From positions 160,001 to 224,000 of the forward strand of contig CAVYZN010000011.1 in NCBI GenBank assembly GCA_963773065.1: a stretch of DNA of 64,000 nt, written 5' to 3'. The notes below the pieces were generated by a model that worked only from the letters and a program-made list of their open reading frames with translations, had not been told where the DNA came from and did not search any database. Both the position numbers and the translations under genes were made by a program. The DNA comes from an uncultured Gammaproteobacteria bacterium (GTDB lineage: Bacteria > Pseudomonadota > Gammaproteobacteria > UBA9214). Every line of letters starts with the position of its first letter. The stretch's first letter is position 1. This document shows, one piece after another, positions 1 through 11,241 of this stretch.

Positions 1-326
1 ATCGAAATCAGACTGCAGAGCGCATACGGCCAGAACGCGGGCGAACGCACCAGTATGCCCACGCTGATTCCCGTGATGTACGCGCTGGCGGGGTTGAGCC
101 ACTTCTGAAAAAAGAGGCGTCCCAACGCCAGCTCCGCCGCAATGCTCACGGCTATCGCCAGCGCGGTTTTCTGGTAGCTCTCCAGGATGCCGAACGACAG
201 ATGGCCCACCAGCAGGATGCAGCTTATGAAAATGGGGGCAAGGTAGCGGTTCTCGGCGCTGATCCAGCGTTTCTTCGGGGCTGCCGCCGAGGGTGGCGGG
301 GCGACGGGCGTAGCGAGTCGGCTCAT
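1..326 (-). CDS. UnbU-like / RnfD-NqrB-like integral membrane protein (3' end runs off the window)
   Basis: Manual translation MSRLATPVAPP...RYLAPIFISCILLVGHLSFGILESYQKTALAI...SAYITGISVGILVRSPAFWPYALCS is hydrophobic; its ATG overlaps the stop of the upstream CRTAC1-like gene (ATGA at 323-326). Confidence 0.65.
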   Translation of the reverse strand, partial: MSRLATPVAPPPSAAAPKKRWISAENRYLAPIFISCILLVGHLSFGILESYQKTALAIAVSIAAELALGRLFFQKWLNPASAYITGISVGILVRSPAFWPYALCSLIS

Positions 327-2120
327 GCGGGTTCCTTTATCGTGTGCACCCGGCCGGCGGCGGGTTTTTCCAGGGTCTGCACTTTTCCGGATGGCCAGCG
401 GATGACCGCTTTCTCAAGCCGCGGATTCCTGCCCAGCCCAAAGTGCAGGCGTCGCTGATTCTGCGAGCAGAAGCCGCTGCCTCCCGAGACCTCTTGCGCC
501 TGCTGCTGGCCATTCCAGTACACGGCCACCCGGGCGCCGATCGCGCTGCGATTGCTCGCGGTTCCCTCCAGGTCGAATTCGATCCACTGGTTCTCCGGCG
601 CCACCGTATTCCGGTAAACCAGCAACGGCCCGCGTTGATTGGCGACCACGACATCGAGAACCCCGCGGTTCCACAAGTCCACGAAGGCCACCGAGCGGCC
701 GTCGTGGGTGTCGCTGACCCCGACCGTCCGGGCCACATCCACGAACTTGCCGGCGCCATCATTCAACCACACCCGCTTCTGCTGATAGCCCGATAAACTG
801 CGGCCATCCATGGGCGGCCAGTTTCTGGCGTCGGCAATGATGGCGCGATTGCCGCCCGCCACCTTGGAGAAGTCGTACCAGTAATTGCGATGGTGGTCGA
901 GCGAGACGTAGCCGTTGGTCACGTAAAGATCCAGCGTGCCGTCGTTGTTCAGGTCGCCAAACTGCGCGCCGAAGCTCCAGCCGCCGCGCTCCACGCCCAG
1001 TTCGCGGGCGAGGTTTTCATACTCGAGCGCGCCATCCGCCGTTCCTTCCCGCGGCACCCACAGGTTATTCCCCTGGATCAGGACGCCATCCTCCGAAATG
1101 TTCGAGACATACACGGCGAAACTGCCCCGGTTGAAAATGTCTCCGAAGGCGACGTTCATCCCGCTTTTGGGCGCAAAGCCCACGCCCGTTTGTTCGCCCG
1201 CCTCGCGGAAGCGGTTCCCGTCGTTGAGGTAGAGTTCGGACACGCCATAGTCATTGGCGACGAAAAGGTCCGGACGGCCGGTGCCGCGCAGGTCCGCCGC
1301 CGCGGCGGCCAACGCCCAGCGCCGGCTGTTGATGCCCATCCTCGCGGTGACATCCTCGAATTTTCCGTTGCCGAGATTGTGCAGCAGATATTTCCGCCCG
1401 CCGTTATTGGCGTACTCGAAACTCTCCGGCATGATCCGCGTCGTCTTGAGATGCCAGAGATCGATAGCTTCGGCATAGTAACCGCCGATGAAAAGGTCCA
1501 GCAGCCCGTCGTTGTCGTAATCGAACCAGACGGCGGTGTTCGCGTTGACCCAGGCGGGCAAGCCCGCCTGCTCGGTCACGCGCGTGAAGCCCTTGCCGCG
1601 GTCGTTGTGGAACAGCTCGGGGCGGCCCCACTTGTAGAGGAAGACGTCCTCGTAGCCATCGTTGTCATAATCGCCCCAGACCGCGCCCATCGAAACCCCC
1701 GTGCCGGGCTGGTTGACGTCGGCGATGCCCAATTCGCCCGCCACATCCTTGAAGGTGCCGTCACCGAGGTTGCGGTAAAGGGCGTTTTGGCTGCCCTCGC
1801 CGCTGTTGGTGACGTAGATGTCGGGCCAGCCGTCGCGGTCAAAATCGGCGATCGAGACGGCCGCGCCCATCGAGGCGACTTGCGGCATGATGTGGTCAAG
1901 CCGGTGATCGAGTGCGGGACCCTGGTGTACAAAATCGATGCCGGCCGCATGGGAGACCTCTTCGAAATAGAAACCATGGCGGGCGAGCGCGGCCTGGGTG
2001 TCCAGCGTCCGGTGCGGCGGATTCCTGCTGCAAGGACAGGCGCTTCATCACCAGCGGGCTCGCCAGCAACCCGAGGAAGAAAACGGCCAGCAGAATTCTG
2101 GCGAGCGGGCCCCGTGTCAT
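323..2120 (-). CDS. CRTAC1-family protein: FG-GAP repeats plus C-terminal ASPIC/UnbV domain; one frameshift near 2010
   Basis: Repeated DxDxDGxxD motifs; C-terminal SNRSAIGARV...GGSGFCSQN..RLHFGLG; signal/TM N-terminus MTRGPLARILLAVFFLGLL in ORF 1896..2219. Confidence 0.85.
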
Positions 2121-5100
2121 TGGTAGGCTGCGCTTCTCAATGCGTTCTTGAAAACTTCCGGCGTTACGTAACGCGTGTGGTACGTCTGCCAGTCCTGGGG
2201 ATGGTGACGGTAGGTCCACTCATCCTCGAGTCGGCCGGGCGGCGTGTCATACACGTCCTGGGCGTGATACGGCAACGGCAGCACGGTCTTGGAGAAGGTG
2301 GAGTTGTAATCTCCATCCTTGATCCAGCCATCGCCGAGGATCACGAAATCGCGCACCCAGCCCTCGGGCGGCGGCGCCTGCTCGGTGAAACGCAGCGCCA
2401 TCTCGTCCCCCGAGTTCACGATGACGTAGCGGTCATCCACCTGCGCCAGCAATTCCCGCACATCGCCGTAGCGGGTGTAGTAGCCGATCAGGTCGCGCCA
2501 GCGCTGTTTCGATCCCTCCAGGCGATGGTAATCCGGCACTTCCGGCGCGCCGCTGTCCGGGCGATGGATGACCGAGTAGCCGCGGTAGCGCAGGTCGGCC
2601 GCGGAGGGACTCAAACGCGCCGTCTTCACCGGGGCCTCGGGCAGGCCGCTCGCCCACTGGATGGCATCCCAATAAATCTCCAGGTTGGTCCGTATCCGCA
2701 CGCTTCGGTGCGTGCCGGGGCGAAACACGTTGGTCAGGTCGAAAAGCACGGTCTTCTTGCGGCCCGCCGGAAATCCCAGGTCGGATAGCGCAACCGTCCA
2801 TCCGCCGTGCCCGTCGGGCACCTCGAGACTCATGCCGCGCGCCTGCCAGCGGCGCCCTTGAGTGATGGCGACATTGATGGACGAGTCGGTATCGTGGATC
2901 GAGCCTTGCGCGATCAAATAGAGCGGCCCCTCCTTGGGCGCCTCGTCACCCAGATCGATTTCCACGTAATGATCGCGGGTCACACCCTGATATTGTCCGC
3001 GCCCGAAATTCTCCAGGGCCTTCCCATCGAGGGCGCCGAGCAGGTCCGTCACATCGTGGCCGTAGTCGTCCACCGCGCGCGCGATCGCGTGCGGTGTCGT
3101 CCACGACGGTAAAACCGGGTTTTTGCGGCGGAATCACGAAGCGCTCATCCACGAAGATTTCCGTTCCGATCGGGTGATCCACGGCCATGAGCGCCAGATA
3201 ATCGTAATAGTAGGTCTCCCATAATTCCGCCGTAATGCGCACATCATAATAGCCGTCATGCGGCGCCAGTTGATCGCGTCCGATCTTGTACCACTCCACG
3301 GTCGTTGCCACGCGCGGCGCGCCCAGGGTATTGATGCGCAAACCGATGGCGGAGCCCCACGGCACCGCATCCTTGACAAACGCCATCTCCTTTCCATTAT
3401 AGGCAAACAGGAACGGACACGAGGCCTTGACCCGCTGCTCGGTCACGACATCCTGATCGCCTTTCACGGCAAACTCGGCCCGCACCGTGCCATTCGGCCA
3501 GACCACCCGCACCACATCGGAGCCGGTCTGTTCCCCTAAACCGAAATGAAGCTGCGGCCCGGTGATGGCTTGTTTCTGCAGCAGCAGACCGGAACGTATT
3601 TCGATTTCGCCGCCAACGCCGAAGGGATTGATGCGCTGGTCGCCAACGGCCTGCACGGCGTGCGGGCGGACGATCTGCCAGTGGTAGTTCTTCGAGCCGT
3701 GGTTGATGGCCTGAACCGCCTGGCGGTCTGCCGTGAGGCCGAGTAGATCAAGCCGGCCGTCGCCGTTGACGTCCGCCGCGTCGAAGACCAGCGCCGGGCC
3801 GGACGGGTGCTCCAGCGCCACGAAACGGCCCTGGTCATCGCCGAGCCAGATCCAGGCGCCGGTTGCGCCCGGCTCGGCGGCTGGCGCGACCGGGGCCAGA
3901 ATCAGGTCGAGCGCGCCGTTGTTGTCCAGATCGGCGACTCGCAACCGGACCTCGCCCGCGAGGCGGCGTTCCGCATCCGGCACGCGGGCGATCTCTGCCA
4001 GCTCCCAGCTTTGTCCTTCGTTCCTGTCGGAGAGCCGGACGAGCCCGCCGTCCGCCTGCAGCGCCAGCAGGTCGAGCAGGCCGTCGTTATCCGCATCCGC
4101 GACGGTGATCGTCTTGACGGCCGGAAAATTCGCGGGCAGGGAACGCTCGCGGAACTCTCCGGTGCGCTCGTTGCTGAAGACGTGAAGCCTGCCCGAACCG
4201 TCGATCAGAGCCGCGTCGGGGTCGCCGTCCCCGTCGAAATCGGCCCACGCAAAGCCCCGCAGGCCGGAGACGCCGGCAAAGGGATGAATCACCGTGAACG
4301 TGTCATCGCCATTGTTTCTCAGCACCGTCGGAACGGCGCTTTTCGCACCCGCCACGATATCCAGATCGCCATCGGCCTCGATGTCGACGGCCCACGCCCC
4401 GGTGTAGCCGGAGTCGGTTACCGCTTGCGGCAACGTCGTCTTTGCCGTGACGTCGGTGAAGGCGTTCGGACTCTCCTGCCGCCACAAGCGGACTCCGCCG
4501 GCTCCGGCTAGCACCAGATCGTTTTTTAAATCGTAGTTGAAGTCGATGGGCAAAATGCCTTCAGGCGATAGGCGGAACGCCGGCCGGCCCGCCCGGAAAC
4601 GAAACGCTCGCGCCGGTGGACAAACGCAGCTCGCGGCCATTTGCCGCCGCGATAGCGGGCGCGCCCGCGATCCCCAGCGAAATGGCGCCTAGCCAATCCC
4701 AACGGCTGTCCCCCCAGTTGGCCAGTGGCTCGGGATTGAAGGCAATCGTTCCATCCGCCGTTGCGGGTTTGAAGACCGGTGATTCCAGCGCGAGAAAATG
4801 AGTGAACGGCTGGGCTTCCTCTCCCTGCGGCGCCTGGATGGCCGCCAGGCTTTGGCGATAGTCGGAAACACGCATCAACACGTTGCGCAAATAAATTGTT
4901 TTCGTGGCGGCGAGGCGCAGGTCAGCGCCGCCAGCCGCCGCCTGCAGGGCAACAAGCTGCTGTTGCACTTCCGGCGGCCATGCCGGGGACCGCGCGTCAA
5001 GTCGTGCTAGCACGGATTTGAGCGTACCGGCGTCTCCGCGTTTCGCGGCAATGCGCCCCAACTCGAGCAATGCCGCCAGATTGTCCGGCTGCGCCGCGAG

Positions 5101-5625
5101 TATCTTCTCGATCACCTTCTGGGATTCCGCCGCGCTGTTTTCGGCTCCCTGCCGCTCGATTTCCTGGGCGAGCTGGTAAGCCGCCCGCAAGTTTTGCGGA
5201 TTCAACTCCGTCGCTTTGCGGAAGTCGGCAATCGCTTCCGCGAGATTGCCACGATAGCTCTCGAGCATTCCCAGGAGATAATAAATCCGGTCATTTTGCG
5301 GAGCCAGATCGCGCGCCCGTTGAAGTCGTTGCGCCGCCAGATCATAGTTTGCCTGACGCAGCGCCAACACTCCCCAGTTGGCCCAGCCTGCGGGCTCATC
5401 CGGCACAAGCCGGGTCGCTTCGGCGAGCTTGTCTTCGGCGTAGCTGTCATGGCCGACCTGCAGCGCCGCCAGGCCGACGTAGAATGCGGACACAACGTCG
5501 TCGTAGGCTTTCGAACCTCGTTCGGGCAGCTTGGCGCGTGTGTGGCACCCGGCAAACACGGCTGCCAGCAGTCCAATGAGAACGAAGCTTAAGGCCCGTT
5601 GAAAACCGCTGGCTTGGCTAAACAT
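2117..5625 (-). CDS. Large lipoprotein-like protein: TPR + FG-GAP + ASPIC/UnbV + conserved C-terminal domain; split into three ORFs by two frameshifts
   Basis: ORFs 4561..5625 (lipobox-like FAGC, TPR helices), 2946..4640 (DxDxDGD repeats, LHFGLG..VVWPNG, ASCPFLF) and 2117..3073 (GWIKDGDYNS..TVLPLPYH) follow each other with short overlaps. Confidence 0.8.
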
Positions 5626-5863
5626 GGCGGGACGGTTCGCGATAGTGCGGGCTGAAAATTACATCATCGATTAACTCCAGGCGTCAATGCTCTCTTTTAC
5701 CTGGCTTTCTGGAATGGTCGCGAGAGTCGTTACTTCATGGCGGCGGGAGGGCGGCCGGGAACGTAATTCGGGAGGATAGCGTTGTGAGCATCCCCCTGAG
5801 CAAGCCGCCGTTTGATGCGATCTGCACGAGGTTTGCTAGTTCTTAGTATTCGAAAAGAATTTT

Positions 5864-5950
5864 TGGTGCCGAGGAGAGGACTTGAACCTCCACGGGGTTA
5901 CCCCCACTAGCACCTGAAGCTAGCGCGTCTACCAATTCCGCCACCACGGC
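5864..5950 (-). tRNA. tRNA-Leu(CAG)
   Basis: GCCGTGGTGGCGGAATTGGTAGACGCGCTAGCTT-CAG-GTGCTAG...GGTTCAAGTCC...GGCACCA; 87 nt, long variable arm, encoded CCA. Confidence 0.97.
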
Positions 5951-6082
5951 CGTGCTGATTGCGCAGCGGGATTTGAGCGTATCCCGTGCAGCCGCGAACT
6001 GTACCCGCTGATATACTGCTTGTCAATTTGCGGCTCGCGCCCGCACTATAGCCGTTTATAAAAGGAGTAAAATCGCGATCAA

Positions 6083-8398
6083 ATGAGAAAAAAACAGACA
6101 TCCGGCGCCGGTGGGCCGCCACGGCCCGATCCCCAGGCGCAGCGTGAGGCGTTGCGCTACGAAAAGCCTATAGCCAGCCGCGAATTCATCCTGCAGGTCA
6201 TCACCGCGGCGGACCGCCCGGTCAGTCAGGAAGGCCTGGCCGAACTGCTGGGCCTGCGCGAGGAGGATGACCTTGAAGCCCTGCGCCGCCGCCTGAACGC
6301 CATGGTCCGGGACGGCCAATTGGTGCGCAACCGGCGCGACTGCTATGCCCTGGCGGACCAGTTCGACCTGATACCGGGCCGGGTGATTACCCATCCGGAC
6401 GGCTTCGGCTTCCTCGTGCCGGACGCCGGCGGCGAGGACGTGTATCTCTCCGCGCGCACCATGAACGCCGTGTTTCACAATGACCGGGTCATGGTGCGCA
6501 TCACCGGCACGGACCGCCGCGGCCGCCGCGAAGGCGATGTGGTCGAGGTCCTGCAACGCAATACCCACCGCGTGGTCGGCCGTTTCCGCCGCGAGAGCGG
6601 CGTCAGTTTCGTGGTGCCCGACAACAAGCGGATCACGCATGATATCGCCGTGCCGGAGCAGCAGACCGGCGGCGCGGCGCACGGGCAGATCGTCACCGTC
6701 GAAATCATCGAGCAGCCCGCGAAGCATGCCCGTCCGGTCGGCCGCGTCGTCGAGGTGCTGGGCGAGCACATGGCGCCGGGGATGGAGATCGATATCGCGA
6801 TCCGCAGCTATGACATCCCCGAGGCCTGGCCGGAGGCCGTTGCCGCGGAAATCCAGGCATTCGGGACCGGAGTGCCGGAGGCCGCGAGTGAAGGGCGGAC
6901 CGACCTGCGCGACCTGCCCCTGGTGACCATCGACGGCGAGGACGCGCGCGACTTCGATGATGCCGTGTACTGCGAGCGCACGCCGAGCGGCTGGCGGCTG
7001 ATCGTCGCCATCGCCGATGTCTCGCACTATGTGCAGTCCGGCACGGCGCTCGACCGGGAGGCGGAGAACCGCGGCAATTCCGTCTATTTTCCGGAGCGGG
7101 TGATCCCCATGCTGCCGGAAGTCCTGTCGAACGGCCTGTGTTCCCTCAATCCCGAGGTCGACCGCCTGTGCATGGCCTGCGAGATGCATATCAGCGCGGA
7201 AGGCAAGATCGCCCGCTCGCGCTTCATCGAGGGCGTGATGCGCTCGCAGGCGCGGCTGACCTATACCGAGGCGGCCGCCATGGTCGTGGAGAACGACAAG
7301 CCGACGCGCAACAAGTACCAGGCGCTGGTGCCGCACCTCGAGGAGTTGTACCGGCTCTACCAGGTTCTGCGCCGGGCACGCGAGGAACGCGGCGCCATCG
7401 ACTTCGAATCCACCGAGACCCGCATCGTGTTCGGCGCCGGGCGCAAGATCGAGCGCATCGTCCCGCTGGTGCGCAATGACGCCCACAAGCTCATCGAGGA
7501 GTGCATGATCGCCGCCAATGTGGCGTCCGCGCGCTTCCTGGTCAGGCACAAAATGCCGACGCTGTTCCGCGTGCACGGCGCCCCGGATGCGGACAAGGTG
7601 GAGGAGGTGCGCGAGTTCCTCAAGGAACTCGGACTGCCGCTCTCCGGCCGCAGGCAACCCGAGGCCGGGGATTATGCCAGCCTGCTGGAGAAGGTCCGCG
7701 GCCGGCCGGATGAGCATCTGATCAATACCGTGTTGCTGCGCTCGCTGCCGCGCGCCGAGTACAGCCCGCACAATATCGGTCATTTCGGGCTGGCGCAGGA
7801 CAAGTACCTGCACTTCACCTCGCCGATCCGCCGTTACCCGGACTTGCTGGTGCACCGGGCCATACGCCATGTGCTCTCGGGCGGCAAGGCGGAGGAGTTC
7901 GTTTACGACAACACCAACATGCAGGTATTCGGCGACCGCTGCTCGCTGACGGAACGGCGCGCCGATGATGCCACCCGCGACGCGGTGGACTGGCTGAAGT
8001 GCGAATACATGCTCGACAAGGTCGGCGAGACCTACGCGGGAATCATCAGCAGCGTGACCTCCTTCGGCATCTTCGTCGAATTGCAGGAGATCTATGTCGA
8101 GGGCCTGGTGCATGTCACGGCGCTGGGCAATGACTACTACCACTACGACCCGGCCAGGCACCGTTTGATCGGGGAGCGCAGCAACAGGATCTACCGCCTG
8201 GCTGACGAGGTCGTCGTCAAGGTGGTCCAGGTGAATCTCGACGAGCGCAAGATCGATTTCGAGCTGGTGCAGAAGCAATCGGTCCTGGACAAGCGCAGGA
8301 GCCGGGGCAAGGGGAAATCCTCGTACCCGGCGCACGCGGCGATGAACCTGCCTCTACCTTGCCTGCTCCGGCTGGTTCATGCCGGCAGTGCCCCTTGA
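6083..8398 (+). CDS. rnr: Ribonuclease R
   Basis: HPDGFGF cold-shock domain, TIDGEDARDFDDA, HFTSPIRRYPDL, S1 domain; the extreme C-terminus may be frameshifted. Confidence 0.97.
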   Translation: MRKKQTSGAGGPPRPDPQAQREALRYEKPIASREFILQVITAADRPVSQEGLAELLGLREEDDLEALRRRLNAMVRDGQLVRNRRDCYALADQFDLIPGRVITHPDGFGFLVPDAGGEDVYLSARTMNAVFHNDRVMVRITGTDRRGRREGDVVEVLQRNTHRVVGRFRRESGVSFVVPDNKRITHDIAVPEQQTGGAAHGQIVTVEIIEQPAKHARPVGRVVEVLGEHMAPGMEIDIAIRSYDIPEAWPEAVAAEIQAFGTGVPEAASEGRTDLRDLPLVTIDGEDARDFDDAVYCERTPSGWRLIVAIADVSHYVQSGTALDREAENRGNSVYFPERVIPMLPEVLSNGLCSLNPEVDRLCMACEMHISAEGKIARSRFIEGVMRSQARLTYTEAAAMVVENDKPTRNKYQALVPHLEELYRLYQVLRRAREERGAIDFESTETRIVFGAGRKIERIVPLVRNDAHKLIEECMIAANVASARFLVRHKMPTLFRVHGAPDADKVEEVREFLKELGLPLSGRRQPEAGDYASLLEKVRGRPDEHLINTVLLRSLPRAEYSPHNIGHFGLAQDKYLHFTSPIRRYPDLLVHRAIRHVLSGGKAEEFVYDNTNMQVFGDRCSLTERRADDATRDAVDWLKCEYMLDKVGETYAGIISSVTSFGIFVELQEIYVEGLVHVTALGNDYYHYDPARHRLIGERSNRIYRLADEVVVKVVQVNLDERKIDFELVQKQSVLDKRRSRGKGKSSYPAHAAMNLPLPCLLRLVHAGSAP

Positions 8399-9146
8399 TG
8401 ACGCCGGAGGAATATGCCTACGGCCTGCACCCGGTCGAAAGCCTGATTGCGACGCACCCGGAACAGGTCCGCGAGATCAGCGTTGCCGCCGGCCGGCATG
8501 ACCGGCGTCTGGCGACGCTGATTGCCGCGGCGGAGGCACGCGGCATTGCGGTGCGCAGCCTGCACGGCGGGGAACTCGACCGGCTGCTGCCCGGCGCACG
8601 CCATCAGGGCGTCATCGCGACGCTCGCGCCGCAGCCCCAGGAAGGCAGGCGCGAGCAGGACCTGGCGGCGTTTCTGGCCGGCCTCGACGCCCGGCTTTCC
8701 TGCTGGTCCTCGATGGCGTCCAGGACCCGCACAATCTGGGCGCCTGCCTGCGCACCGCGGATGCGGCCGGCGTGCAGGCCGTGATCATGCCGCGTGACCG
8801 CGCCGCCGGGATCACCCCGGTGGTGCGCAAGGTCGCCTGCGGGGCGGCGGAGACGGTCCCGGTATTCACGGTGACCAACCTGGCGCGCAGCCTGCGCGTG
8901 CTGAAGGAGAACGGCGTCTGGATCTGCGGCGCCAGCGATGACGCCGACAGGACGCTCTACGACGCCGACCTGCGCGGACCGCTGGCGCTGGTGCTGGGCG
9001 GTGAAGGGAAGGGGCTTAGGCGGCTGACGCGCGAACTCTGCGACTATCTGGTGGCGATCCCCATGGCCGGGCGGGTGGAGAGCCTCAACGTCTCGGTGGC
9101 GGCGGGCGTCTTGCTCTACGAAGCGCGCCGCCAGCGCGGCGGCTGA
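8398..9146 (+). CDS. rlmB: 23S rRNA (Gm2251) methyltransferase; frameshift near 8690
   Basis: YGLHPV..HQGV N-terminus; [32 protein letters not shown] motifs; rnr-rlmB synteny. Confidence 0.93.
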
Positions 9147-9165
9147 TGTTGTTGCAAAAAATATT

Positions 9166-9330
9166 CACCGCAGAGACGCAAAGAACGCAGAGAGAACAAT
9201 TGCTTAAAAACACACACAAGATTTTCATCACATCACTATTGACCGACCCATCGCTGCGTTCACAGTAATTATGCAGATTTTCTCTGCGTTCTTTGCGTCG
9301 TTCTTTGCGTCTTTGGGTCTTTGCAGTTGA
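9166..9330. repeat. Intergenic inverted-repeat element with 9-bp-periodic arms (MITE/REP-like)
   Basis: GACGCAAAGAACGCAGAGA (9175-9193) is the exact reverse complement of 9281-9299; the right arm continues as TCTTTGCG-like units to 9330. Confidence 0.8.
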
Positions 9331-9502
9331 TTTGGTTTTTACGCCCCGATGGCCCGCCCCAGCGCGACGCAAGCCGGTATCCGCCGGCGGGCAATTGCAT
9401 CCGCCGCGGCCCTCACGTAAAATGCGCCACCTTCCAACAAACTGATTTTCAACTCCTTGCCTTTCGCGCCAACGGAAGGCTGCCAATCCATAAGGGGTCT
9501 AC

Positions 9503-9925
9503 ATGAGACATTACGAAGTCGTGTTTCTGGTCCACCCTGACCAGAGCGAGCAGGTGCCTGCCATGATCGAACGCTATCGCGCGACCATCGAGTCCGGCGG
9601 CGGCGCGATCCATCGTCTGGAAGACTGGGGACGGCGCCAGCTTGCCTATCCGATCCAGAAAATGCACAAGGCCCATTATGTGCTGATGAATATCGAGTGC
9701 AACACCGACACGCTCGAGGAATTGGCCAGCGCGTTTCGCTTCAACGACGCGGTGCTGCGCAATATATTCATCAACCGCAAGGATGCCGTCACCGAGCCTT
9801 CACCGCTGATGAGAAAACCGGAGGAGCGGCGCGAGCGCAGCGCACGCGAGGATCTGGATGACTCCGCGGAGATGGCGGACGAGGAAGATGAGGCAGAGGA
9901 TATCGAAGCCGGGGACGGATCATAA
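9503..9925 (+). CDS. rpsF: 30S ribosomal protein S6
   Basis: [30 protein letters not shown]. Confidence 0.98.
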   Translation: MRHYEVVFLVHPDQSEQVPAMIERYRATIESGGGAIHRLEDWGRRQLAYPIQKMHKAHYVLMNIECNTDTLEELASAFRFNDAVLRNIFINRKDAVTEPSPLMRKPEERRERSAREDLDDSAEMADEEDEAEDIEAGDGS

Positions 9926-10001
9926 GCCTGCCTGCGGGTCCACATGGCTCCTCCGCAAATCCTGACCAGTTCATACACGAGATTCTGAAAAGGTATACAC
10001 A

Positions 10002-10226
10002 ATGGCCCGTTATTTTCGTCGTCGCAAGTTCTGCAAGTTTACCGCCGAGGGTATCGAGGAAATCGACTACAAGGACATCAATCTGCTGAGGCAGTACGTT
10101 ACCGAGACCGGCAAGATTGTGCCCAGCCGCATTACCGGCACCAAGGCGAAGTATCAGCGCCAGTTATCGACGGCCATCAAGCGTGCCCGCTACCTGGCGC
10201 TGCTGCCCTACTGCGACGCGCATTGA
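10002..10226 (+). CDS. rpsR: 30S ribosomal protein S18
   Basis: [29 protein letters not shown]. Confidence 0.98.
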   Translation: MARYFRRRKFCKFTAEGIEEIDYKDINLLRQYVTETGKIVPSRITGTKAKYQRQLSTAIKRARYLALLPYCDAH

Positions 10227-10284
10227 TCAGTTAAGGCCGGCACAGCGCATTATCTGACTGTGTCCTGACCAGGGGGTTCACGGC

Positions 10285-11211
10285 ATGAAGGCGCTGGCGG
10301 GTTTTATTGTCAGCGGACGCTTCCGGGCGATTCTGGCGGCGTCACTCTGCGGGATGCTGGCGTTCCTGCTGCCGCCCTTCAGCACGCTGACGAATTACCT
10401 GGGTGCGGCGGTTGTCTCCCTGGTGACCCTGCGTATCGGAGTGTCACAGGGGCTGCTGGTACTGGTGGCCGCGACGGCGGTTACCATGCTGTTTTATCGG
10501 TTCATGGGCGTGCCGGCGACAACCATCGCCGTCACCGTGATGCTGTTGTGGGTGCCGTGCTGGCTGATCAGTGGTGTGTTGAGGCGGACGGTGAGCCTGG
10601 CGAGCGCCATGCTCGCGGCGGCCGCAATCGGGGTCGCGGCGCTGATCGCTGTCTACGCGCTGGCGGGTGACCCCGCGCCATGGTGGCATGAACAACTGCT
10701 GCTGATCCGCTCGGCGCTCGAAGAGCGGGGTTTGTTGCCGCAAGATGCCTCGGTGGATGCGTTATTGCAGGACCTGTCCCGCCTGATGACGGGCTTGATC
10801 ATTGCCTCACTGGCGCTGGGCGCCGTGTGCAGCCTGCTGGCGGGGCGCTGGTGGCAGGCGCTGCTGGTCAATCCGGGCGGGCTGCACAGCGAGTTCTGCG
10901 GCCTGCGTTTCTGGCAGGCGACGGGATGGGTGGTGCTGGGCCTCATGATTTTTTCCCAGGTAACCCAGGGCCCGACCAGCGACATGGCGTCGCAGAGCGT
11001 CATGGTCATGCTGGTGCCTTATCTGTTTGCCGGCCTGGCCGTGTTGCATGATCTGGTTGCCCGGCAGGGTCGCGGCAAGGGCTGGTTGATTGCGGTCTAC
11101 GTACTGCTCGGCATTATTCCGCAGACGGCGCTGCTGCTGGCCGGACTTGGGTTGGTCGATACCTGGATTGATTTTCGCCGCCGCCTGGGCGGCGGCAAGC
11201 CAGGACGATGA
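10285..11211 (+). CDS. DUF2232/YybS-like membrane protein
   Basis: Multi-TM protein; RWWQALLVNPGG and GLVDTWIDFRRR motifs; usual position between rpsR and rplI. Confidence 0.8.
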   Translation: MKALAGFIVSGRFRAILAASLCGMLAFLLPPFSTLTNYLGAAVVSLVTLRIGVSQGLLVLVAATAVTMLFYRFMGVPATTIAVTVMLLWVPCWLISGVLRRTVSLASAMLAAAAIGVAALIAVYALAGDPAPWWHEQLLLIRSALEERGLLPQDASVDALLQDLSRLMTGLIIASLALGAVCSLLAGRWWQALLVNPGGLHSEFCGLRFWQATGWVVLGLMIFSQVTQGPTSDMASQSVMVMLVPYLFAGLAVLHDLVARQGRGKGWLIAVYVLLGIIPQTALLLAGLGLVDTWIDFRRRLGGGKPGR

Positions 11212-11241
11212 AATCGGAGATATCAGCTAGAGGTCGTTACG

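Noticed and set aside
890-8335. Long antisense ORFs (890..2788, 6056..8335; likewise 17038..18483, 33855..35504, 43075..44376)
   Set aside because: Shadow frames of real genes in high-GC DNA, with no recognisable motifs
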